From Cyanobacteria bacterium P01_A01_bin.123 (GTDB taxonomy: Bacteria > Cyanobacteriota > Cyanobacteriia > Phormidesmidales > Phormidesmidaceae), in assembly GCA_039815185.1 (NCBI GenBank), contig JBCBZT010000093.1, positions 1 to 17,729 on the forward strand: a stretch of 17,729 nucleotides of DNA. The letters are read 5' to 3'. The notes beneath the pieces are model-generated. The model saw only the letters and a list, made by a program, of their open reading frames with translations, had not been told where the DNA came from and did no database searches. Both the position numbers and the translations under genes were made by a program. The stretch's first letter is position 1. Each line of letters starts with the position of its first letter. Of the stretch, positions 8,602-15,771 are shown piece after piece.

Positions 8602-9759
8602 ATGGCCTTTCCTTCCTATATTCGATACTTTGGTATGCGGCTACGTCCCTTAGCCCAACCTGTCGTTTGGTTTCCTACTGTCGTGATTGTCCTGCTGGGT
8701 ACAGTCCTTTGGCAGTATCGTGCCCATCCGGAGTGGTCTGGCCAATTTGAGGTTGATGAATCAACGCCCAACGCAGGTACCCTGCTACCAGAGGGGGAAG
8801 TACCCGGGGATCAGCCTCTGCCCACTAGCGGGGAGTCAGAACGGGAAGGGCTGATGAAACTGCTCGCTGATTTGGGGTTACTGGGCCCAGAACGGCAATC
8901 TGATGAATTGGGAACCGTACCACAGGTTCAACAGGAAACGCCAGAATCTTTACTGTCATTGCTAGTTGAGCCGGAATCACTAGCAGATCCAGATGCTGAG
9001 GGTACAACTCAAACCAGTCGGCAACGGTTAGCGGGAACGCTTAATCCCTTTGACCGCTATGCTGATGCCTATCAACTACCGGGTTCTGCAGGGGCGATCG
9101 CCAATGGTCGTGCCTCTACTACCTCATCTAACACCAGCAACATCAGTGATTTCCTTAACTTCCTTAACTTCAATCAGGCTAACGGTGATGGGTCAGAAAC
9201 CCAGACAGCGGGTAACGATACAACAGCCCTCGAACGAGCCTTGAACCAACGCCAAACCGTGGCAGCGGAGACTCCGGCTAGTAATAACGAAGCACAGGAA
9301 ACTGCTGACGCAAACAATACTGCACAATCTGACCTAGACGCCCAGGACAGCACCCAAAATCCAGCCGTGGTGCAAGGTAATATCCCTGGCATACCCTACA
9401 CCTTCATTCAAACCACCCCTCAAATGTCGCCGCCGCCAGGCACGACAGGCTATTCAGTGCCGCCATCTTTCAACGTCGCGCCGCCTGCTGCTGCTAACAA
9501 TGGTGGCGTGCCCGGTGTGAATACAGGTGCAACAGCGGTGCCTTCTTTCCAAACACCGACGCCATCCTCAGGGGTATCTGGTTCAACCCTACCCCCCACA
9601 TCTGGTAGCCAGTATAATCAACCGCAATTTGTTAGCCCGCGGCCGTTTTCAGCTCCGCGCCCTAACAGCCGAATTATTGGCAACGGTGAGATTCAGACGT
9701 TTTCTAACCCATTGGGCTCATCCAGTTGGGATCCGTCAGACTACAACCCCAATCGATAA
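8602..9759 (+). CDS. Hypothetical membrane-anchored protein with a low-complexity Ser/Thr/Pro/Gln-rich region
   Basis: 385-aa ORF with AGGA upstream. N-terminal TM helix VVWFPTVVIVLLGTVLWQY, and conserved-looking QTTPQMSPPPGTTGY and IIGNGEIQTFSNP blocks. Confidence 0.75.
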   Translation: MAFPSYIRYFGMRLRPLAQPVVWFPTVVIVLLGTVLWQYRAHPEWSGQFEVDESTPNAGTLLPEGEVPGDQPLPTSGESEREGLMKLLADLGLLGPERQSDELGTVPQVQQETPESLLSLLVEPESLADPDAEGTTQTSRQRLAGTLNPFDRYADAYQLPGSAGAIANGRASTTSSNTSNISDFLNFLNFNQANGDGSETQTAGNDTTALERALNQRQTVAAETPASNNEAQETADANNTAQSDLDAQDSTQNPAVVQGNIPGIPYTFIQTTPQMSPPPGTTGYSVPPSFNVAPPAAANNGGVPGVNTGATAVPSFQTPTPSSGVSGSTLPPTSGSQYNQPQFVSPRPFSAPRPNSRIIGNGEIQTFSNPLGSSSWDPSDYNPNR

Positions 9760-9843
9760 CCGATTTGAGTACAATGAGCCCGCCCAGCAGCAAGTCAAGG
9801 TGGGCTATGGGTTTTGACCAGTTAAGGTCATATGGTCAGAGCT

Positions 9844-10362
9844 TTATCGGCATCCTAAACTATCACGGGTGGCAACGCCTGTGATGGGGTTGATGCCGTC
9901 AGCGTATTTGCACATCTGCCCCGTCTGGTAGCGATCGATAATCGAGCCCGAAAAATCAGCGCCAGTGATGATGGCATCCTGGAAAGAACTGCTGCTGACA
10001 ATCGCATCAGTAAAGACCACATTGGTCAAATTGGCTTGGTTAAAGGTGACTCGATCAGAAAAGGCTCCAGAGAGATCAGCCCCGGTCAAATCGGCCCGCA
10101 AAAACGAGGCTTTGGTCAAAATCGTACCCCTAAGCTTGGCCCCCCGGAAATTGGCATCGCGCATTTCAGCCGCGGCAAAGGAGGTTCCCTCTAAATTCTG
10201 ATTAGAAAAGTCCCGGTTGCTCAAATCAGTCAGCGTGTAGTCTACCCGGTTCTCTTGGGCTTGGCTAGGGGCTGGCCATGCCACCAGGGTGAACATAACC
10301 ATACTGACTAAGAACACTGCGCTGATTAGCTGCCATAGTAACCGCCGTGAAAAATGCCTCAT
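9844..10362 (-). CDS. Exported/lumenal pentapeptide-repeat protein
   Basis: Signal peptide ending in SQA, tandem A(D/N)LxX repeats, and the C-terminal CxxADGINPITGVATRDSLGC motif with a Cys pair. Confidence 0.92.
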   Translation of the reverse strand: MRHFSRRLLWQLISAVFLVSMVMFTLVAWPAPSQAQENRVDYTLTDLSNRDFSNQNLEGTSFAAAEMRDANFRGAKLRGTILTKASFLRADLTGADLSGAFSDRVTFNQANLTNVVFTDAIVSSSSFQDAIITGADFSGSIIDRYQTGQMCKYADGINPITGVATRDSLGCR

Positions 10363-10497
10363 AGGAAAAATCAGTCATGATTGAGTGATTTTTACATTAT
10401 GGGCGATCGCGACTATCAATCCTAATTTATAGTGCTGGCCAGATTGCTGAATGCCCCGAGTATCGCTGGGGTGCTGAGTATACAAGCAATCTGGCTC

Positions 10498-10528
10498 GCA
10501 GTCGCTTACAAAGCGTTGTAGCGATTGC
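10498..10528 (-). terminator. Stem-loop directly after the stop codon of the peptidoglycan-binding gene
   Basis: GCAGTCGCT(T)ACAA-AGCG-TTGTAGCGATTGC forms a near-perfect 13-bp stem. There is no clear U-tract. Confidence 0.4.
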
Positions 10529-11283
10529 TATATATGTGATGCTGCCAGTAATGCCCGCATCGTTGTGGCGCCAACGATACCGTCAGCACTTAGATTATGG
10601 TCAGTTTGAAACTGCAGAACCGCCAGCCGAGTTTCCTGGCCAAACTCACCGTCAATTTCCAAGACATAGCCTTGATAAACCAAAAGCCGCTGCACTTGTT
10701 TAACGGCTTTTCCTCGACTACCCTCCTTGATGATTTCAACCGATAGCGCGGCTTCGGGGGAAGGGGTTGGGGGGGGTTGGTTGCTGTTTTGTAATGCGGC
10801 AACCGTCTGCACTTCGAGGATCCCGTTAGAATCTAGCCCATAGACTGATTGAAAGCGAACTAAGGCACGATAAGTTTTGGCATCAAAGACACCGTCCATC
10901 GGTGTTTCAAAGCCCCTTTGATTCAACAACTTTTGAACATGTAAAATCTTGGTGCCGCTGCTGCCGATAGCCAATGGCGAGGGCACGATATTCGAGTTTA
11001 AGCTATCAAAATCAAATCGGTTGGATTTTGACCACCGAATCTTGGTGTTGGTTTTGAACGAAGCATTGGTCAGTTTGAAGCGATCGCCACCCACCTCAGC
11101 AGCAGTCGCCAGGCAATCCCGACAGAATGGTTCTGGGTCAGGTACAACGTTCAAAGACTGATCCTGAGAGGCCACCGTAGGTTGGCTAGAAGCTTGAGTC
11201 GTGTCATTACTGGCGAGTTCAGTGCCCGCCATCGCGATCGCTAAGATGGCTAACGTTTTTTTGCTGAGAGTGGCACGTGACAT
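10528..11283 (-). CDS. Peptidoglycan-binding protein with two PG_binding_1 domains
   Basis: Two LxxGSxG..V..VQxLL...G...DGxF...T..A...FQ....L..DGI units and a signal-like N-terminus MSRATLSKKTLAILAIAMAG. ATG at 11283 is preferred over the ORF-track start at 11412. Confidence 0.85.
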   Translation of the reverse strand: MSRATLSKKTLAILAIAMAGTELASNDTTQASSQPTVASQDQSLNVVPDPEPFCRDCLATAAEVGGDRFKLTNASFKTNTKIRWSKSNRFDFDSLNSNIVPSPLAIGSSGTKILHVQKLLNQRGFETPMDGVFDAKTYRALVRFQSVYGLDSNGILEVQTVAALQNSNQPPPTPSPEAALSVEIIKEGSRGKAVKQVQRLLVYQGYVLEIDGEFGQETRLAVLQFQTDHNLSADGIVGATTMRALLAASHI

Positions 11284-11663
11284 CAATGTGGGCTCCCATT
11301 TGACTGGCTCTAAGTCAACAGTAATTTCTCCACAACGCCATGAGAACCCAATAGCATCTGAATTTAGCCTCACTTTAACTAAGCGAGATTTTTGCACTGA
11401 TTTATAGGCCAAAGCTTTATGGAAAACTTCCGGGTGTTGTCAAGCTTTAGTTGGTGCCCGCAACAGCTCACCATATTGCTTGTGAGCGCGATCGGCATTT
11501 AGAGCTGGCGCGTCTCCTAAACCGCAGCCTGTCATTTTAACGCACCCTCACTCCGAGTCTTGGCTAAGTGCGGCTTTAAAGAAGTTGGCCCAGGCGGCGA
11601 AGTCGGAACCTGTCGGTTTGAGTTGAAGTACAGTTAGGTTGCACAAAACCATAGCACCGAATT

Positions 11664-12143
11664 ATGTCTCAAAATAGTGAGGCTCGACTAAAGGCACTGG
11701 GTATCGAACTTCCACAACCTAGTGAACCCGGGGCAAATTATGTGCCGTACCTGATCACAGGGAATCTTCTATTTCTCACGGGTCAACTCTGCCACTGGAA
11801 TGGTGAGCGGCGTTTCATCGGCAAATTGGGGGCAGAATTTGACATCGAAGCGGGGCAAAAAGCAGCGCGGGTCTGTGGCCTCAACTTAATTGCGCAGCTC
11901 CAGGTTGCCCTTGACGGCGATTTGGATCGCGTGGTTCGAACGGTTCGATTGGCGGGCTATGTAAATTCGGCTCCAGATTTTTACGGGCAATCGCAGGTAA
12001 TGAATGGTGTGTCAGATTTGTTTGTAGACGTGTTTGGAGAAGCGGGTCGGCATACGCGCTTAGCTGTGGGAGTCAGCGCGTTGCCTTATAACGTAGCCGT
12101 TGAGGTTGAGGGCATTTTTGAAATAGAAATAGAACCTTCATAA
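11664..12143 (+). CDS. RidA/YjgF/YER057c/UK114 family protein (Rid1-like subgroup)
   Basis: Motifs [56 protein letters not shown] and VEVE. Confidence 0.92.
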   Translation: MSQNSEARLKALGIELPQPSEPGANYVPYLITGNLLFLTGQLCHWNGERRFIGKLGAEFDIEAGQKAARVCGLNLIAQLQVALDGDLDRVVRTVRLAGYVNSAPDFYGQSQVMNGVSDLFVDVFGEAGRHTRLAVGVSALPYNVAVEVEGIFEIEIEPS

Positions 12144-12183
12144 ACCCATAAGTAGATTGCCATAAATAAAATGAGCACTTCTT

Positions 12184-12234
12184 GTAGGTTGTGGTTGAGG
12201 AACTTAGCTTGCTTCCCGCAGGGTAAACCCAACA
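12184..12234 (+). repeat. GTAG-type REP-like palindrome carrying a ~21-nt SDR-like insert
   Basis: GTAGGTTG(T)GGTTGAGGAAC...AAACCCAACA stem; the loop contains TAGCTTGCTTCCCGCAGGGTA (12205-12225). Confidence 0.55.
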
Positions 12235-12250
12235 CTGTTTATATCTATTG

Positions 12251-12306
12251 CTCTAACAGGCATCCCACTAGCTGCAATCAGGAGAATTAATGGAAACGTT
12301 ATAGAA
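12251..12306 (-). other. attC-like integron recombination site downstream of the YwqG-family gene
   Basis: The minus strand reads TTCTATAAC, then a 40-nt imperfect inverted repeat, then GTTAGAG. The inverse core is the exact complement of GTTATAGAA just upstream of the gene start. Confidence 0.55.
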
Positions 12307-12319
12307 AGTGATAGTTTAT

Positions 12320-13162
12320 TTACCATTCTAGTACCGTCCATGCATTTTTAAAGTTGCAATCTCTCAGATCTGATTCTCTTATCCAAGCGAACAACCTTCC
12401 GAAATCGCCCCAACAGAATCCACCAGGTAGATCGGCATGGTGTATATTTGAATCTATTTGGAATAGCAAACGCCATTCAGACGATTTATCAACGTAATAT
12501 TTACCTCTTTTGTTTCCTTTAGGATAGGTTCTACCTGTTGATGCTAAATCGCAAATTTCTTGCATGCTTCCGTGAAGTTCAGTAGGTGTTCCTAATATTT
12601 GATGATGAGGTTCACCTTTGAGATATATTTCTCTCCACTCAGTCAAAAGATTAAGGTATCGCGCAACTGCTTCTATGTCATGCACATTGTCAAAGATACT
12701 AGGATTTGGCAATGTTAATAGCTCATCAAATTTCAATTTAGATTCAATGAATATTCGGTTATCGGTTCCTACCGGGTGCTGATAAGGTTGCAACGTTTCG
12801 CTTTCAGACACATACGCCACTAACGAACCATCTATGTCATCGAATGCATGACCTAATGGTTGCTCAATTGAATCATAAAAGAAATATAAAAATCCGCTTT
12901 CTGGTAACGGTTCTGCAACATTCAGGTTTACTAAATCTTTGCAGTTTAGCTGCAAAATAAAATCTAAAGGTCTTCCCTTATGCGTCGGATACGAAAAATT
13001 TACTGGTAATAGCGGTAAGCCACCAAATTTAGAATCCCTGGTTCTTGGCATTTCTGAAGTGTCTCTTGATACTAGGATGCCGTAGTAAACTTCTTTCAAG
13101 ATGCTTTCTGATAAGTCTTCTAATTCATATTTAGATATGAGTTCTATCAATCGCTCTTCCAT
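12320..13162 (-). CDS. YwqG family (DUF1963) protein
   Basis: Motifs SKFGGLPLLP..FSYP, PLDFILQLN, LPESGFLYFFYD, HQILG, WRLLFQIDS, WGDFGRLFAWI...DL...NF..AW. The gene is strongly AT-rich relative to its neighbours. Confidence 0.88.
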   Translation of the reverse strand: MEERLIELISKYELEDLSESILKEVYYGILVSRDTSEMPRTRDSKFGGLPLLPVNFSYPTHKGRPLDFILQLNCKDLVNLNVAEPLPESGFLYFFYDSIEQPLGHAFDDIDGSLVAYVSESETLQPYQHPVGTDNRIFIESKLKFDELLTLPNPSIFDNVHDIEAVARYLNLLTEWREIYLKGEPHHQILGTPTELHGSMQEICDLASTGRTYPKGNKRGKYYVDKSSEWRLLFQIDSNIHHADLPGGFCWGDFGRLFAWIRESDLRDCNFKNAWTVLEW

Positions 13163-13209
13163 TTTTAATATCTAGTTCTATAACATCGACTATACCAAAA
13201 ACAGATACA

Positions 13210-13320
13210 GGGCACCTCGAAAAATAGCCAGAGCGATCTCAGCATCAGATCACAAAGCATGCCCCCTTACCTCCATAAGGCTATGAGGCAACGCGGGCAG
13301 TGAAACTTTTCGAGAGACAC
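13210..13320. mobile_element. Degenerate MITE or IS-end remnant (~110 bp)
   Basis: Left end GGGCACCTCGAAAAAT and right end ACTTTTCGAGAGACAC share the inverted core CTCGAAAA/TTTTCGAG (13216-13223 and 13307-13314). No ORF inside. Confidence 0.35.
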
Positions 13321-13427
13321 AGCTTAATTCCCTACAATTCAACCTTTGATTTAGAAAATTTCAGGATGTATTTAAGTCAGGAGAATTGTTGGAAAATATA
13401 ATGCGGTTTTAAGCGCCTTCTTACACA

Positions 13428-14372
13428 TCAACTGTAGCCGAGCTGCATGAGTTGTTTACCTGCAATTTCTTGGCAAAGTGCAACTTCAGACTCAGACAAC
13501 TGATGTTTCCAATCACCCACGATGCCTTTACGAATATATTGTCCTTCGCCTCTTTCCTTAATCCGACTAATATCGGCAGCGGCCACAATGTTAGTGATTT
13601 GTTTTGACGTGTAATCGAGTTGTGCAAAGTTAAAAATCTGTTGCAGACTCGTCGTGGTATCTGCTTTTAGGGCTTCATAGCGGACAACGTGCATCCTAGA
13701 GGCAAACTCAGCCTGAGCCCGAAACTGTTCTCCCCAGGTGACACACCGTTTCCACTGGCGGATGGCCCCAGCTGTCCCCACACGGGCCCAAGCCTGTTGC
13801 TGAGCTAGGGCATTGTAAGACGCACAGACATCCCGACCGTCTCGAATCACTTCGATAATGCGAGCTTCTGGAAACCGACGCAGGATGCGATCGGCATAAC
13901 GAATGTGCATCGGCGTCTTTTCTAGCAGGGTTTGGCCTGGTCTGCCGTGGCGTTTGAGGAATAGGTCAAATAAATGAGCAATTAAATCCTCGGCCTGTTC
14001 TAGCTCATTGCCCGGTTTTACGGTCTTAATAAATGCCTTGAGATCATCATAGTCAGCCAGGGCATGCAATCCATAGCTGTCGGGGTGATTAAGAATCTGA
14101 TAGTCCCGCAAGATACCGCGCCAAATGTCAGCGGGTTGCAGTCCCAGTAGCAGCGGCTTTAACCCATAGCGCCGCAGGATGCCCTTCCAAGATCGGAGTC
14201 GCTGGTGGTAATCCCAAGTGGGTAACTCAAGAAAGGGTTCGTAGATCAGACGGTAAATGTGGGTTTCGATTGGCACCATGACCACATCGGGATGACCCGC
14301 AATTAGGGTAGTGACCCACGAGGTACCAGAGCGGGGGCAGCCGACGATGAAGAGTTTGGGGGAGGGGGGCAT
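13428..14372 (-). CDS. Sulfotransferase (PAPS-dependent, Sulfotransfer_1/3-like)
   Basis: 5'-PSB loop FIVGCPRSGTSW, LEKTP.H, 3'-PB motif IRDGRDVCAS, VRYEAL and RKGIVGDWK. ATG at 14372 is preferred because the upstream extension is repeat-derived. Confidence 0.93.
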   Translation of the reverse strand: MPPSPKLFIVGCPRSGTSWVTTLIAGHPDVVMVPIETHIYRLIYEPFLELPTWDYHQRLRSWKGILRRYGLKPLLLGLQPADIWRGILRDYQILNHPDSYGLHALADYDDLKAFIKTVKPGNELEQAEDLIAHLFDLFLKRHGRPGQTLLEKTPMHIRYADRILRRFPEARIIEVIRDGRDVCASYNALAQQQAWARVGTAGAIRQWKRCVTWGEQFRAQAEFASRMHVVRYEALKADTTTSLQQIFNFAQLDYTSKQITNIVAAADISRIKERGEGQYIRKGIVGDWKHQLSESEVALCQEIAGKQLMQLGYS

Positions 14373-14423
14373 GGGTGGGGAGAGGGGCAGAGGGGCAGAG
14401 GGGGAGTGGGGGAGGCAGAGGAG
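14358..14423. repeat. G-rich short tandem repeats (AGAGGGGC-type) at the sulfotransferase start
   Basis: GGGGGAGGGGGGCATGGGTGGGGAGAGGGGCAGAGGGGCAGAGGGGGAGTGGGGGAGGCAGAGGAG, which is STRR-like. Confidence 0.6.
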
Positions 14424-14438
14424 AATAATGAGGCGACG

Positions 14439-14500
14439 GGGATGCAATTAATCACGTCTGTACGGGAGGGTGGCAGGGATGCGATTGGTCACGTCCGTAC
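14439..14500 (-). repeat. Two REP-like palindromes spaced 37 bp apart
   Basis: The minus strand has GTACGGACGTGACCAATCGCATCCC (14500-14476) and GTACAGACGTGATTAATTGCATCCC (14463-14439). The first contains the glycosyltransferase TGA stop. Confidence 0.65.
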
Positions 14501-15607
14501 GAGAGGGGTGGGGTGGCTAGCGGGTTGAACCAGCGATGCGAAGGCTTCAGAAAAGGTGGCTAGGGTGCGGGTACGGTATTGGTTGTGAGCACTGGTTGCA
14601 ACGTTTTGTAGCGTGGTAAGCAGGTCAGCAGATTGGTGGCAAACTCGGCTAAGGGCGGTGGTATCTAGGTAGTGCTGATTGGCAATGATGCCATCCTGGG
14701 AGCGGAGCGCACATTGGTTGCTAATAGGTAGAAGGCCGTGGGCACAGTAGGCGGCGTATACCGTAGACTTCGCCAGGTTATGGGGAAATCGTCGATAGTC
14801 AAAAACCCCGGCCAAGGCATTTGACATCAGTTCGCTGACTTCACCAGCGGGTAAAAATCCGGTTTGAATCACTTTGACCTCGGGCGCTAGGCGATCCATA
14901 TCCCACTCGATGGGGCGACCAATATCGTAAAGCGTCTTGATATTGAGTTGCTGACAAATTTGTTTCAACCTGGGTAAGTTGTTGCGATAGACGCGACTGC
15001 GATCGCTGCTGCCAAAGATAATTAAAGAACGACTGCGATCGCGCAGGGGCTTTACCCGCTCGGGTTCGCCAATCGTCGAAAAGTTAGGCATGCAGTATAC
15101 GGGTGGCATTGCCCAACTGGCCAGCGTCTGCTGGAAAGCGGTGTTGTTGGTGACAACGACATCAGCCACCTGAGCCAGCCCTCGCGAAACGCGCCGTTGA
15201 ACGGGGTTAGGGCAACGAATAAAGCGATATCGTAGCGTTGGCAACTCGTGAAACATGATTACAATGCGCAAACCGCGTTGCTTCAGGGCATTGAGTCCCT
15301 CGATCAACCAAGTTGGTGTATCTAGCTTGCCCCGCAGGTAAGGATAGTTGCTGTATTGCAGCACAACCGTTGAGATGTCTTGAGGAACGGTTTCGAGTAG
15401 GCCTTCAACGGTGTGTCTATCCAGGCGATGGACTGCAAAGCGATCAACTGTGGGCTGAGTGCGTCGGCTAGGTCTGAACACTAAGAAATCCGAGATGATT
15501 CTGTGGGAATCACAGAGTTGATGGGCCAACTGCAGCGAGTAGTCGCCGACGCCATCCACATCGGGAAACAGTCTGGGTACGATTTGCAGAATTTTAGTGG
15601 GGGGCAT
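14489..15607 (-). CDS. Glycosyltransferase, GT-B fold (GT4-like)
   Basis: Motifs KILQIVPRL.P.VDGVGDY, VLQYSNYPY, VIMFHEL, P.FSTIGEP, TGFLP..EVS.LM and KSTVYAAYCAHG. ATG at 15607 is preferred over TTG at 15715. Confidence 0.82.
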   Translation of the reverse strand: MPPTKILQIVPRLFPDVDGVGDYSLQLAHQLCDSHRIISDFLVFRPSRRTQPTVDRFAVHRLDRHTVEGLLETVPQDISTVVLQYSNYPYLRGKLDTPTWLIEGLNALKQRGLRIVIMFHELPTLRYRFIRCPNPVQRRVSRGLAQVADVVVTNNTAFQQTLASWAMPPVYCMPNFSTIGEPERVKPLRDRSRSLIIFGSSDRSRVYRNNLPRLKQICQQLNIKTLYDIGRPIEWDMDRLAPEVKVIQTGFLPAGEVSELMSNALAGVFDYRRFPHNLAKSTVYAAYCAHGLLPISNQCALRSQDGIIANQHYLDTTALSRVCHQSADLLTTLQNVATSAHNQYRTRTLATFSEAFASLVQPASHPTPLVRT

Positions 15608-15616
15608 AGGACTACT

Positions 15617-15690
15617 GATTTTGGATTGGCGATTTTGGACTTCGTCGTGGGCGCTCAGTCGTTGGCTGAGCCGCCCCAGAGGGGCTACGA
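15617..15690. repeat. Heptamer-like repeats with an embedded SDR-like palindrome
   Basis: GATTTTGGA occurs twice (GATTTTGGATTGGCGATTTTGGAC), followed by CTCAGTCGTTGGCTGAG and GCCCCAGAGGGGC hairpins. Confidence 0.45.
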
Positions 15691-15730
15691 TTTCGGGGCT
15701 GGGTGGTAATGACAAATAAACCCCACCCGG

Positions 15731-15771
15731 CCTCCCCTTACTAAGGGGAGGTGGTCAAGTAAGGGGAGGTG
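15731..15771. repeat. Perfect palindrome with a duplicated right arm, just after the NRPS stop
   Basis: CCTCCCCTTA-C-TAAGGGGAGG (15731-15751). TAAGGGGAGGTG occurs at both 15742-15753 and 15760-15771. Confidence 0.7.

Noticed and set aside
5872..9171. Small in-frame tandem duplications (EADEPLEADEP near 5872; FLNFLNF near 9151)
   Set aside because: Ordinary slippage in low-complexity linkers.
11450..11630. Short open frames upstream of RidA that look like a gene remnant
   Set aside because: No start context or recognisable motif, so no call can be supported.
11633..12234. RidA gene as a second integron cassette (GTTAGGT at 11633-11639 before the ATG)
   Set aside because: No complementary inverse core next to the stop; the nearest match (AACCCAAC) belongs to the REP. 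Base composition is host-like.
14439..14512. 37-bp periodic repeat as a possible CRISPR array
   Set aside because: Only two imperfect units with about 12 nt between palindromes, no spacer-sized unique sequence and no cas genes; it fits REP-like repeats.
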